This document shows positions 1-9,550 of a stretch of DNA of 64,000 bases, in pieces (position 1 is the stretch's first letter; every line of letters starts with the position of its first letter). Source of the stretch: an uncultured virus (IMG/VR IMGVR_UViG_3300027836_000010) (Duplodnaviria > Heunggongvirae > Uroviricota > Caudoviricetes); the IMG/VR virus record IMGVR_UViG_3300027836_000010. One strand, 5' to 3'. The position numbers and the translations under genes were made by a program. The notes under the pieces are model-generated. The model was not told the DNA's origin, searched no databases, and worked only from the letters and a program-made list of their open reading frames with translations.

Positions 1-857
1 CAGTTCCGTCAGCACCGGCAGCGGCAGCAGTTCCGTCAGCACCGGCAGGGGCAGTTGCCGCTTTAGATCCAGTAGCAGATGCTGCCAAACAAATGGCAGG
101 TAAAAGCGCGGCTGAACTCCGAGCATTGGCAAACAATCCAAGTCTTACTGCGCTTCAAAGAAAAGCCGCTAATGCTGAATTACAAAGAATTGGTGGGGCT
201 GTAGATAATGCAGCAGGTGCCGCAGATAATGCAGCAGGTGCTGTAGATAATGCAGCAGGAGCAGGTTCTAGAGTAGCAGGTGCCGTGGATAATGCAGCAG
301 GTGCTGTAGATAATGTAGCCGCTGCCGCAGGAAAAAGTTTGTTATATAAAACAACGTATGCTCTCGGTAAGTTAGGTGGCAGATTTACTCGATTAGTTAA
401 AAATAATAAATTCTTATCATTGCTGGCGGCGTTGACTGCGCTTGGTATAGCTGTATACCTACTTGGAAAAGATGATCCAGATACTCCTCCAGGACCAGTT
501 CAACCGCAACCAGTTGTACCAGTAAATGGAAAATGTCCAGAAGGATATAAACTAAGTAAAGATGGAAAAACTTGCGAAAAAGATACAGGGCCTACACCCA
601 CTCCGGTCGTTGATCCAAAAGAAGAAGAACGTAAGCGTCAATTAGCAGAACTTGAAAAACTTCTTGCTAGATTAAACGATGGCTGGCCAACTGATCCAGA
701 AACCGCAGAAACAATCAAAGCTGCAGTTGCTATTGGTGCCAAAGCACCCGCAGGTGCTGGTGCAAGTACTGGCGCTGTTAACACGCAACCGGCAGCGCCA
801 GCGGCAGACAGAATCGGTGCCCGCACAGGTGTTAACATGTCAGCTATTGGAAGATAA
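1..857 (+). CDS. Ala/Pro-rich membrane-anchored hypothetical protein, 5'-partial
   Basis: The frame is open from the window start (VPSAPAAAAVPSAP...) into the ORF-track Met at 93. It contains AVDNAAG repeats, one hydrophobic segment (FLSLLAALTALGIAVYLL) and a CPEGY..C motif. Confidence 0.7.
   Translation, partial: VPSAPAAAAVPSAPAGAVAALDPVADAAKQMAGKSAAELRALANNPSLTALQRKAANAELQRIGGAVDNAAGAADNAAGAVDNAAGAGSRVAGAVDNAAGAVDNVAAAAGKSLLYKTTYALGKLGGRFTRLVKNNKFLSLLAALTALGIAVYLLGKDDPDTPPGPVQPQPVVPVNGKCPEGYKLSKDGKTCEKDTGPTPTPVVDPKEEERKRQLAELEKLLARLNDGWPTDPETAETIKAAVAIGAKAPAGAGASTGAVNTQPAAPAADRIGARTGVNMSAIGR
199..320 (+). repeat. Imperfect 21-bp coding tandem repeat (AVDNAAG)
   Basis: About 5 degenerate copies of gtagataatgcagcaggtgc. 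Confidence 0.8.
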
Positions 858-874
858 TCAAAGTTATCTAAAAC

Positions 875-902
875 AAATGGCAGATTTATTCTGCCATTTT
901 TT
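875..902 (+). terminator. Rho-independent terminator
   Basis: 10-bp stem AAATGGCAGA-tttat-TCTGCCATTT running into a T tract, just after the stop at 857. Confidence 0.75.
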
Positions 903-912
903 ACCTTTGAGC

Positions 913-941
913 TTTACATTCCGTGATAAGTATTGTATAAT
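913..941 (+). promoter_or_regulatory. Sigma70-type promoter
   Basis: TTTACA-N17-TATAAT upstream of an AGGAG RBS and the ORF at 964. Confidence 0.65.
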
Positions 942-963
942 AGGCTATTACTAGGAGATTTAC

Positions 964-1221
964 ATGGGTGGACGTTCATACGGCGCAGAAGAAAAAGCAA
1001 AACTCGAAAGATTAATTAAAGAAGGCTCTACAGTATTACGTGAAATTGAAGATTTATCAGAAGGCTTAAAGGATACTGTTAAAGCAGTAGCAGAAGAATT
1101 ACAAGTTAAACCTAGTGTTATCAATAAGGCTATTAAAATTGCTCACAAAGGCGATTGGTCTACTTATAATGAAGACTGGGAAGAAATTGAAGCAATTTTG
1201 GATATTACAAAAAATATCTAA
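964..1221 (+). CDS. Small dsDNA-binding protein (T4 DsbA-like)
   Basis: 85-aa helical protein (LKDTVKAVAEEL..KPSVINKAIKIAH). Its size and position next to the polymerase fit this call. Confidence 0.5.
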   Translation: MGGRSYGAEEKAKLERLIKEGSTVLREIEDLSEGLKDTVKAVAEELQVKPSVINKAIKIAHKGDWSTYNEDWEEIEAILDITKNI

Positions 1222-1243
1222 ACGTGTTATAATACAAGGGTAC

Positions 1244-1298
1244 GGCAGGCCATAATCTGCCACATTAGGTGTTTGTCAGCCAAAAATGACATATGGAG
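1244..1298 (+). promoter_or_regulatory. Twin-hairpin leader of the DNA polymerase gene (possible translational operator)
   Basis: GGCAG-gccataat-CTGCC (1244-1261) and TGTCA-gccaaaaa-TGACA (1274-1291) lie just before the GGAG RBS. An extended -10 (TGtTATAAT) is at 1225-1233. Confidence 0.5.
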
Positions 1299-1303
1299 AA
1301 TAA

Positions 1304-3970
1304 ATGAGCTATGTAGACGCATGGTTTGACCGCGAGAATGACATCATTAAAGTGGTTGAACGGAATAAAAAGGGCGAACGAGAGTTTCGCGATATACCCG
1401 TAAAGCACACGTTTTACGTTAAAGATGGAAAAGGTAAATTCCAATCTATCTACGGAGATCCTGTATCACGGATCATCTGTAAGAACACAAAAGAACTACG
1501 CAAAGAACAAGCAATCAATTCAAACAAACAAGTGTTTGAAAGTGATATTAATCCAATCTTTGTTACACTATCAGAACACTATCTAAATCAAGATGCTCCT
1601 AAACTAAACGTAGCGTTTTTCGACATTGAGGTGGACTTTGATCCTGACCGTGGCTATAGCACTCCTGAAGATGCTTTTATGCCAATTACCAGTATTGCGG
1701 TTCACCTACAATGGTTAGAAACTCTAGTATGTTTTGCTGTACCTCCAAAGACATTAACGTGGGAACAAGCGCAAGACGCTATCAAAGACTTTCCTAATAC
1801 TATGCTGTTTAAAACAGAAGGCGAAATGTTAGATGCGTTTCTTGATTTGATTCAAGATGCGGACATTCTAACTGGGTGGAACAGCGAAGGCTATGATATC
1901 CCGTACACTGTTAATCGTGTTACTAAGGTACTGAGTAAAGACGATACCCGCAGATTCTGTTTGTTTAACCAGTTTCCAAAGAAACGTGAATATGAAAAGT
2001 TTGGGCGGCAAAGTATTACTTACGACTTAGTGGGTCGTGTACATTTGGACAGTTTAGAACTGTATCGCAAGTATACATACGAAGAACGACATTCTTACCG
2101 TTTAGATGCTATTGCGGAATATGAGCTAGGTGAACGTAAAACACAATACGAAGGCACCCTGGATCAGCTCTACAACAACGATTTTAAGACATTTATCGAG
2201 TACAACAGGCAAGATACTTCGCTTTTGGACCGTTTAGACAAGAAATTGAAGTTTCTTGACTTAGCTAACACTCTAGCACACGAATGTACTGTTTTGCTAC
2301 AAACTACAATGGGCGCAGTTGCCGTTACAGAACAAGCTATTATTAACGAAGCACATCGCAGAGGATTTCAAGTTCCTAACAGAACTAAAATGGACGAGCG
2401 TGAAGATAGTCAAGCCGCAGGTGCGTATGTTGCGTATCCTAAAGAAGGTATTCATGACTGGATTGGCTCACTAGATATTAACAGTCTATATCCAAGTGCC
2501 ATTAGAGCACTGAATATGGGTCCAGAAACTATTGTTGGACAACTACGTCAAACAATGACTGACGAATATATCGAAGCGCACATGGCAAAAGGTAAAAGTT
2601 TTGCGGCGGCTTGGGAAGGCATGTTTGGTAGTTTAGAGTTTACTGCCGTAATGGAACAAGCTATTGGAACAGATATTACTATTGACTGGGAAAATGGCGA
2701 TAGTGATGTCTTAAGTGCCGCCGAAGTTTATAGACTAATTTATGAAAGCAATCAGCCCTGGATGCTTAGTGCTAACGGTACTATCTTCACTTATGAAAAA
2801 GAAGGTATTATTCCTGGCTTGTTAAAGCGTTGGTATGCTGAACGTAAAGAAATGCAGGCCAAACTTAAAGAAGCTATTAAAGCAGGTAACAAAATCGAAG
2901 AAGAGTATTGGGACAAGCGTCAGTTGGTCAAGAAGATTAACTTGAACAGTTTGTATGGTGCTATTTTGAATCCAGGTTGTAGATTCTTTGACAAGCGGAT
3001 TGGACAATCAACTACATTAACAGGTCGGCAAATTGTTAAACACATGGCTGGTAAGGTTAATGAAATTGTCACTGGCGATTACGATTACCGCGGCAAGGCA
3101 ATTATATACGGGGACACAGACTCCTGTTACTTCTCGGCATATAAAACTCTTAAGACTGAAATCGATGCTGGGCATATTCCATGGACTAAGGAAAGTGTAA
3201 TACAGTTATACGACCAAATTAGTGAAGAAGTTAACACAACTTTCCCGCAGTTTATGTTAGACACATTTCATTGTCCTAAAAGCCGTGGTGAAGTTATTAA
3301 AGCAGGTCGCGAGATTGTTGGATCAAAAAGTTTGTTTATTACTAAGAAGCGTTACGCCGTGTTGTATTACGACAAAGAAGGCAAACGTGCAGACATCGAA
3401 GATAAGCCAGGCAAAATTAAAGCTATGGGCTTAGACTTAAAGCGTAGTGATACTCCTGAATTCATTCAAAACTTTTTAAGCGATATTTTAGAAAAAGTGC
3501 TTACAGGTGCCGATGAACAAATTGTATTAGATCATATTAGCGAATTTAGATTGAAATTTAAAAGTAGACCAGGTTGGGAAAAAGGTAGTCCTAAACGTGC
3601 TAACAAGATTACAGAATATCAAGAAAAAGAAAAGAAAGCAGGTAAGGCTAATATGCCCGGACATGTCCGTGCTAGTATTAACTGGAATACTTTGAAGCGC
3701 ATGTACAATGACAAATACAGCATGGGTATTACTGACGGTGCCAAAGTTATTGTTTGTAAACTTAAACAGAATCCACTGGGCTTTACTAGTGTTGCGTATC
3801 CGGTAGACGAGTTGCGTTTGCCACAATGGTTTAAAGACTTGCCTTTCGATCATGCTGAAATGGAACAGACAATTATTGATAACAAGTTAGACAACTTAAT
3901 TGGTGTTCTAAACTGGGACGTTCGCAGTACTGAAGAAAAGAATACTTTTAATTCACTATTCGAGTTTTAA
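1304..3970 (+). CDS. DNA polymerase, family B (T4 gp43-like)
   Basis: Exonuclease motifs FDIEV, GWNSEGYD and YNRQD; polymerase motifs DINSLYP, KINLNSLYG, YGDTDS and KKRY. Confidence 0.97.
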   Translation: MSYVDAWFDRENDIIKVVERNKKGEREFRDIPVKHTFYVKDGKGKFQSIYGDPVSRIICKNTKELRKEQAINSNKQVFESDINPIFVTLSEHYLNQDAPKLNVAFFDIEVDFDPDRGYSTPEDAFMPITSIAVHLQWLETLVCFAVPPKTLTWEQAQDAIKDFPNTMLFKTEGEMLDAFLDLIQDADILTGWNSEGYDIPYTVNRVTKVLSKDDTRRFCLFNQFPKKREYEKFGRQSITYDLVGRVHLDSLELYRKYTYEERHSYRLDAIAEYELGERKTQYEGTLDQLYNNDFKTFIEYNRQDTSLLDRLDKKLKFLDLANTLAHECTVLLQTTMGAVAVTEQAIINEAHRRGFQVPNRTKMDEREDSQAAGAYVAYPKEGIHDWIGSLDINSLYPSAIRALNMGPETIVGQLRQTMTDEYIEAHMAKGKSFAAAWEGMFGSLEFTAVMEQAIGTDITIDWENGDSDVLSAAEVYRLIYESNQPWMLSANGTIFTYEKEGIIPGLLKRWYAERKEMQAKLKEAIKAGNKIEEEYWDKRQLVKKINLNSLYGAILNPGCRFFDKRIGQSTTLTGRQIVKHMAGKVNEIVTGDYDYRGKAIIYGDTDSCYFSAYKTLKTEIDAGHIPWTKESVIQLYDQISEEVNTTFPQFMLDTFHCPKSRGEVIKAGREIVGSKSLFITKKRYAVLYYDKEGKRADIEDKPGKIKAMGLDLKRSDTPEFIQNFLSDILEKVLTGADEQIVLDHISEFRLKFKSRPGWEKGSPKRANKITEYQEKEKKAGKANMPGHVRASINWNTLKRMYNDKYSMGITDGAKVIVCKLKQNPLGFTSVAYPVDELRLPQWFKDLPFDHAEMEQTIIDNKLDNLIGVLNWDVRSTEEKNTFNSLFEF

Positions 3971-3971
3971 T

Positions 3972-4742
3972 ATGAAAATACTTATCGCAGGATACGGATT
4001 TGTAGGAAAGGCAGTAGCTAATGCTTTTAAAGATAAGCACGAAGTAATTATTATCGATCCGCAATATACTACAAACGAAATAAAACAACATCACGATGCT
4101 GATGGATTGATTGTCTGTGTTAATACGCCAACTGGTGAAAACGGAATTATTGCTGAGAACATTGCTAATGTTTTAGACCAAACTCCCGTCTTTATGCCAG
4201 TATTGATTAAGAGTACAGTAACTCCAGCAGTAGTTGATGCATTTAACGAAGTGTATCCAGACCATAGCATAGTATACAGTCCAGAATTTTTAAGAGCTAA
4301 TACAGCTAACCAAGATTTTTTAAATCAAAAGTATGTTGTGTTAGGAGGCGAAGACCCAGAGTGTTTTTGGCATGAGCTATTTCAAACTACATTGCCAAAT
4401 TGTAATTTAGTTTTTAATTGTACAGCATACGAGGCTTGTTTAATCAAATATTCAACTAATTCGTTTCTTGCTCTTAAAACTAGTTTCTTTAATCAAATAT
4501 TCGATGTTTGTGTCAAGACTGGAATGGACTTTGACATAGTCAGACAAATCATAAGTCAAGACACACGCATTGGAAACGGACACACGCTAGTACCAGGGCC
4601 CGATGGCGAGCGTGGATTTGGAGGGCATTGCTTTCCAAAGGATACACAAGCATTTGTACATTGGGCTAACAAAATTGAAGCACCTGTAACATTGGTAGAA
4701 TCAGCTATCAGTTACAACAAAAAAGTAAGAAAAAACTCTTGA
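3972..4742 (+). CDS. UDP-glucose/GDP-mannose dehydrogenase family protein (short form)
   Basis: Motifs GYGFVG, IKSTV, SPEFL, KY.TN.FLA.K and the catalytic GFGGHCFPKD. It lacks the usual C-terminal domain. Confidence 0.88.
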   Translation: MKILIAGYGFVGKAVANAFKDKHEVIIIDPQYTTNEIKQHHDADGLIVCVNTPTGENGIIAENIANVLDQTPVFMPVLIKSTVTPAVVDAFNEVYPDHSIVYSPEFLRANTANQDFLNQKYVVLGGEDPECFWHELFQTTLPNCNLVFNCTAYEACLIKYSTNSFLALKTSFFNQIFDVCVKTGMDFDIVRQIISQDTRIGNGHTLVPGPDGERGFGGHCFPKDTQAFVHWANKIEAPVTLVESAISYNKKVRKNS

Positions 4743-4767
4743 CTTTAAACGAAAACCTAAATATAAT
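4739..4767 (+). promoter_or_regulatory. Sigma70-type promoter
   Basis: TTGACT-N17-TATAAT. Confidence 0.7.
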
Positions 4768-4787
4768 AGTAGAACATGGAGATTCAT

Positions 4788-5519
4788 ATGAAAGACATTT
4801 TACAAGACTTAGTAGCACATACACACGCACTGGGCTTTATCCCGCTAGTTAAAATTAGCTCGGACGGCCAGGCAACAGAAATCGAAGCAATGGCGGAAGA
4901 CCGTTCAGTTATTGTCAACGCAAAAACCAAAGCACCAGTAGAGCAGTTTACAGGCGTATTTGGTATGCCCAACTTAAACAAACTAGACATTCACTTAAAG
5001 TGTCCAGAATACAAAGAAGGCGCAAACATTAGTGTTGTCAAAGCACAACGCAATGGCGAGGAAATCCCAACAGGATTACACTTTGAAAATAAAGACGGCG
5101 ACTTTGAAAACGACTATCGTTTTATGAATACTGATATTATTAACGAGAAACTAAAATCCGTTAAGTTCAAAGGTGCCAAGTGGGATATCGAATTTGAACC
5201 ACAAGTTGCTAGTATTCAAAAATTGCGCTTTCAAGCAAACGCACACACTGAAGAATCAGTGTTTCAAGTTAAATCCGACAATGGTAACTTAGTGTTTAGT
5301 TTTGGCGACGCTAGTACACACGCAGGTGAGTTTGTATTTGAAGCAAATGTCGATGGTAAATTAAAACAAACATGGTCGTGGCCAGTCATACAAGTTATGA
5401 GTATCTTGGCATTAAGTGGTGACAAAACTGTTCGTATAGCAGATGTTGGCGCAATGCAAATTACTGTAGATAGTGGAATGGCCGAATATCATTATATTCT
5501 TCCAGCACAAAGCAAGTAA
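4788..5519 (+). CDS. Probable DNA polymerase sliding clamp (T4 gp45-like)
   Basis: About 243 aa with a two-domain beta/alpha pattern, close to the polymerase. The GGAG RBS favours the ATG at 4788. Confidence 0.6.
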   Translation: MKDILQDLVAHTHALGFIPLVKISSDGQATEIEAMAEDRSVIVNAKTKAPVEQFTGVFGMPNLNKLDIHLKCPEYKEGANISVVKAQRNGEEIPTGLHFENKDGDFENDYRFMNTDIINEKLKSVKFKGAKWDIEFEPQVASIQKLRFQANAHTEESVFQVKSDNGNLVFSFGDASTHAGEFVFEANVDGKLKQTWSWPVIQVMSILALSGDKTVRIADVGAMQITVDSGMAEYHYILPAQSK

Positions 5520-5869
5520 TGAATAGTGTACAGATATTATCTGCTTGCCTAGCATGGTTAGTTTTAATAGGGTTGGTATATCGTCATATTACCTTTACTA
5601 AAATTAAAGAATGTTATGGCATGTGGTTTACAAAGGAATACTGGACCGACTACAATACTGTAGAGTTTGCTAGTTGGGCGGCTAAGGCCGTCATCATTGT
5701 TCCTGGCTTGATATTTGGTATAAGCATTTGGTGGTTGTATTTTTTCACACTTGCAACAAGTTTAACACTTATTTGGGCTAGTGAAAAGAAACTGTTACCA
5801 ACACTTGTAGGATTTAACACTATATGGGCTTGGATTAGCTGTATGGTATTGGCACAACATTTAATATGA
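5519..5869 (+). CDS. Small integral membrane protein
   Basis: 3-4 hydrophobic, Trp-rich segments; translationally coupled to its neighbours. Confidence 0.7.
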   Translation: MNSVQILSACLAWLVLIGLVYRHITFTKIKECYGMWFTKEYWTDYNTVEFASWAAKAVIIVPGLIFGISIWWLYFFTLATSLTLIWASEKKLLPTLVGFNTIWAWISCMVLAQHLI

Positions 5870-7572
5870 ATAAAAACTTAACAGCGGCACAAAACGATTA
5901 CGCATATTTCTTGCCAGCAACGTCAGGATTTTATAGCACTTATATAGGTAAGCAACGCTACAATAACTATGTAGATCCTGCTCGCATACCTAAGAGCTTT
6001 GGGCTTCTGGGCATTGAAGCTATGAACTATTTGAATCCAAACGCGGCATTTTACTTTGACCATTGTTTGTATTCAGCGGGTCATGCTAACTTAGACTTGA
6101 CTAAACCCGATCCTAGTGAAGATATGTTTCGTAATAGAGACCGTACAACTAGTTGGGTATTAGGCGACTCTGGAGGTTTCCAGATTGGTAAAGGTGTATG
6201 GGAAGGTGAATGGAATGATCCTACTGGAGCAGAAGTAGCACAACGTATGGCTGAAGCTGTGGCCAAGGGCATTGAACTTGTTCCGCAATTACACCCAACT
6301 GGTGATCCTAAAACAGATAAGAATGGCAATACCAAGTATACTAAAATTGACCATGTTAAGATTTATCAGTCAAAGCTAGATGCGGCACAAAAGAAGCGTG
6401 AACAAGTATTAACTTGGATGGACGCACTTATGGATTACGGCATGGTACTTGATATTCCAGCATGGGTTGGACGTAGTCCAGTTGGTGCTAAGAATAGCGG
6501 CATTGCTAGTTATGAACAAGCTGTTAGTGCTACCAAGTATAACAATAACTATTTTATCAAACACCGCACTGGTGCTTGTAAATTTTTAAACGTTTTACAA
6601 GGCGAAAATCACGCACAAGCAGAAGATTGGTATCAGCAAATGAAAGACTTTTGCGATCCAACAAAATATGAAAAACCATTCAACGGTTGGGCCATGGGCG
6701 GCCAGAACATGTGTGACGTGGATCTTGTATTACGTAGATTAGTGGCATTAAAGTTCGATGGACTCCTTGAAAAGGGTCATCAAGACTGGATGCACTTCCT
6801 GGGCACCTCTAAGTTAGAGTGGGCATTGTTATTAACTGACATACAACGAGCTATTAGGAAATATCATAATGAAAACTTTACCATCTCTTTTGACTGCGCC
6901 TCACCGTTCCTTGCCACAGCAAACGGACAAATCTATGTCCAAACAGAAATCAAAGACAGAGAAAAATGGCTCTACCGCATGTTGCCGTCTCTTGATGACA
7001 AAAAGTACAGCAAAGATACAAGACTCTTTCAAGACGTAGTAGTACAGGACAAACACTTTGAATCATTTACTACTAGTCCTTTAATGGACGGTGTAGAAGT
7101 TAAAGATATTTGTATCTACGGGCCTGGCGACCTAAATAAGATAGGTAAAGAAGGCAAAACTAGTTGGGACAGTTTCACTTATGCTATTATGATGGGCCAT
7201 AATGTTTGGTTACATTTGAACAGCGTACAAGAAGCTAATCGGCAATACGATGCTGGACTATGTCCTGCTATGCTAGTAGACGAAAAGTTTGAACGTGTAT
7301 ATTTTAAAGATGTAGTAGATGCTATCTTTAGTGCGCCAGATCAAGCTACTGCTATTGCTATTATTGACGGATTCGATAAATTTTGGCAAGCTATTCCAGG
7401 TACTCGTGGTGCTACTGGTAAGAAAACAGTTAATGCTAGTACTATGTTTTCCACTCTATTTGACGAAGTGGAAGAAGATAGTGTACAATTAGAAGATGAA
7501 GTAGATTTTGATGAATCTGCAATTGGTAAACTAGATGACTTGGAAGCACAATTACATAATGACGTTACCTGA
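5866..7572 (+). CDS. dpdA: TGT-fold transglycosylase, DpdA-like (inserts 7-deazaguanine into DNA)
   Basis: TGT motifs GDSGGFQ, VLDIP, NVLQG, GWAMGG, HFLG and SFDC. It has no C-terminal CxCxxC zinc site of tRNA TGT, and it clusters with queD, folE and queE in a phage. Confidence 0.75.
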   Translation: MNKNLTAAQNDYAYFLPATSGFYSTYIGKQRYNNYVDPARIPKSFGLLGIEAMNYLNPNAAFYFDHCLYSAGHANLDLTKPDPSEDMFRNRDRTTSWVLGDSGGFQIGKGVWEGEWNDPTGAEVAQRMAEAVAKGIELVPQLHPTGDPKTDKNGNTKYTKIDHVKIYQSKLDAAQKKREQVLTWMDALMDYGMVLDIPAWVGRSPVGAKNSGIASYEQAVSATKYNNNYFIKHRTGACKFLNVLQGENHAQAEDWYQQMKDFCDPTKYEKPFNGWAMGGQNMCDVDLVLRRLVALKFDGLLEKGHQDWMHFLGTSKLEWALLLTDIQRAIRKYHNENFTISFDCASPFLATANGQIYVQTEIKDREKWLYRMLPSLDDKKYSKDTRLFQDVVVQDKHFESFTTSPLMDGVEVKDICIYGPGDLNKIGKEGKTSWDSFTYAIMMGHNVWLHLNSVQEANRQYDAGLCPAMLVDEKFERVYFKDVVDAIFSAPDQATAIAIIDGFDKFWQAIPGTRGATGKKTVNASTMFSTLFDEVEEDSVQLEDEVDFDESAIGKLDDLEAQLHNDVT

Positions 7573-7804
7573 TGAAAGATACCGAGCAGTAGTACAGACT
7601 CAAAAGTTTTTAGTTGAGATTCTGTCTACTCCTCGAGTTCCAAAAGCTATTAAAGACCGAGCAAGAAGTTGTTTGCGTCATTATCCCAGCGACTGGGATA
7701 TGAAACGTGCAGCCGATAGTGCGCCTGATGTATTCCAAGAACAAATGGAAGCAGTAACCCGTTTGTTTAAATCCTACGAGGAAAAGAAAAATGAGCAAGC
7801 GTAG
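7559..7804 (+). CDS. Small conserved phage protein (BPSL0761-like)
   Basis: Pattern MTLPDERYRAV...PRVPKAIKDRARSCLRHYP. Confidence 0.55.
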   Translation: MTLPDERYRAVVQTQKFLVEILSTPRVPKAIKDRARSCLRHYPSDWDMKRAADSAPDVFQEQMEAVTRLFKSYEEKKNEQA

Positions 7805-8675
7805 TCTAGTAATTGGCATGGGCATTGGTAACTTGTACAAAGATGTACTAACAAAACTTGGGCATGAAGTAGTTACTGTAGATATGGATCCTGCTAAAGG
7901 CGCAGACTTTATCGATGTAGCATCCGCTATTCGTAAACATTCTTGGTTTGAAACTGCTCATATATGTACTCCAAATTTTACACATAAAGAGATAGCAGAG
8001 CAAGTTGCTCCTTATGCTAAAATTGTGTTTATTGAAAAACCAGGTCTTAAAAATAGTGAAGAATGGACTAACTTAATCAAAGTGCGGCCATTTACACGTT
8101 TTATAATGGTTAAGAATAACATGTGGCGAGATAACATTGCTGAGTTAGTTGAGTTAGCACATAAGGCTAAGACTGTTAAAATACGGTGGATCAGAAAGAA
8201 TTGTATTCCTAGTCCAGGAAGTTGGTTTACTACCAAGGATTTAGCGTTTGGCGGAGTTAGTCGAGACTTAATGCCACACTTGTTAAGTTTATATGTTGCT
8301 ATGAACCCTGAATGGAAACATGAAAATGTATCCGGGCAAACTGCCATGCAGTGTTGGGAATTAAAAGATATCGAAAGTACTGAATATGGCACAGTTAATC
8401 CCACTGGCACATATAATGTCGACGACATGTGTGTAATTAATTTTGGTAATAAATGGCGGTTGGCGGCCAATTGGCGTAGTCAGGACGAAGAAGATAGTTC
8501 TATTGCGTTTGTTATGCCAGATAATAAGATAGAACGATTTGAATTAGGTTGGTGTCCAGAAGAAGCGTATCACAATATGATTGTTGATGCTATTACTAAT
8601 ATAGATAATCCCGAGTTTTGGTTAAAGCAATATGCTATTGATACTTGGATTCATGAGAGAATAGAAAAACTATGA
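7791..8675 (+). CDS. Gfo/Idh/MocA-family NAD(P) oxidoreductase
   Basis: N-terminal Rossmann motif IGMGIG, plus ICTPNFTH, IEKPG and GGVSRDLMPH. Confidence 0.8.
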   Translation: MSKRSLVIGMGIGNLYKDVLTKLGHEVVTVDMDPAKGADFIDVASAIRKHSWFETAHICTPNFTHKEIAEQVAPYAKIVFIEKPGLKNSEEWTNLIKVRPFTRFIMVKNNMWRDNIAELVELAHKAKTVKIRWIRKNCIPSPGSWFTTKDLAFGGVSRDLMPHLLSLYVAMNPEWKHENVSGQTAMQCWELKDIESTEYGTVNPTGTYNVDDMCVINFGNKWRLAANWRSQDEEDSSIAFVMPDNKIERFELGWCPEEAYHNMIVDAITNIDNPEFWLKQYAIDTWIHERIEKL

Positions 8676-9550
8676 CACGCTGTTTACAAACAACAGGGCA
8701 AGGCTACTTTGAAGAAGTAACATACGATCTTCCGCCGTTAACCGAAAATGAAATATGTGTTCGTGCTGTTATGACCGGTGTTTGTCGTAGTGATATAGAT
8801 ATGATGAATGGTGACTTTGGGCCATTACCATTACACATGCAAGGTCACGAAGGACTGGGCGAAGTAATCGGTATCGGTGCTAACATTACTGATGTGAAAT
8901 TTGGTGACTATGTTGCTACACGCGGCGAACCTGCTTACGCAGATATTTATAATGTACGAAAAGACGAGTATGTACAAGTGCCCGAAGCACATCCACGTTA
9001 TATTCTCGAACCAGTTGCTTGCGGTATTAATGCTGTAAATGTTGCCGATTGTTCAAGACAAGATAAAATACTCATTATTGGAAGTGGGTTTTTAGCGTGG
9101 GTGGCTTATCACACGTTAACCAAATTTAAACATTGCGAAAATGTAGATGTATTAGGTTCTAGTAATATTGATCTCTGGGGAGATATATTACTATTAGGAA
9201 CTACCGATAGTTATGATGTAATCATTGACTTATCTGGAAAATATGAGCTAGGCATAGACATTAACCTAAATAACAATGCTCTAATCGTCGATGCTGTTGG
9301 TAAAGCAGTAAGTAGAGAAGAAGCACAACAACAACTTTGGAAGGCTGTTACTACTATTAAGCCAAGTCCACGAAATCCAAATTTTCATCAATGTATGAAA
9401 GACGCGGTATGGATGATTGAAAACGGCTATCTAGAGGTTGATTCTTTTTGGACTAGAGGTTATAATAGAAACATAGAGTGGCAACAAGCGTTTGCGGATG
9501 GTGTGGATCGTCCGAACGGTTACAGCAGAGGTTATATTAAATGGGACTAA
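8672..9550 (+). CDS. Zinc-binding (MDR) alcohol/sugar dehydrogenase
   Basis: Motifs GVCRSD, GHEGLGEV, LEPVACG and IIGSG. Confidence 0.85.
   Translation: MTRCLQTTGQGYFEEVTYDLPPLTENEICVRAVMTGVCRSDIDMMNGDFGPLPLHMQGHEGLGEVIGIGANITDVKFGDYVATRGEPAYADIYNVRKDEYVQVPEAHPRYILEPVACGINAVNVADCSRQDKILIIGSGFLAWVAYHTLTKFKHCENVDVLGSSNIDLWGDILLLGTTDSYDVIIDLSGKYELGIDINLNNNALIVDAVGKAVSREEAQQQLWKAVTTIKPSPRNPNFHQCMKDAVWMIENGYLEVDSFWTRGYNRNIEWQQAFADGVDRPNGYSRGYIKWD

Noticed and set aside
5866..7572. Canonical tRNA-guanine transglycosylase (tgt)
   Set aside because: It lacks the CxCxxC zinc site, is much longer and sits in a DNA-replication context, so a DNA-acting DpdA-like role is more plausible, though unproven.
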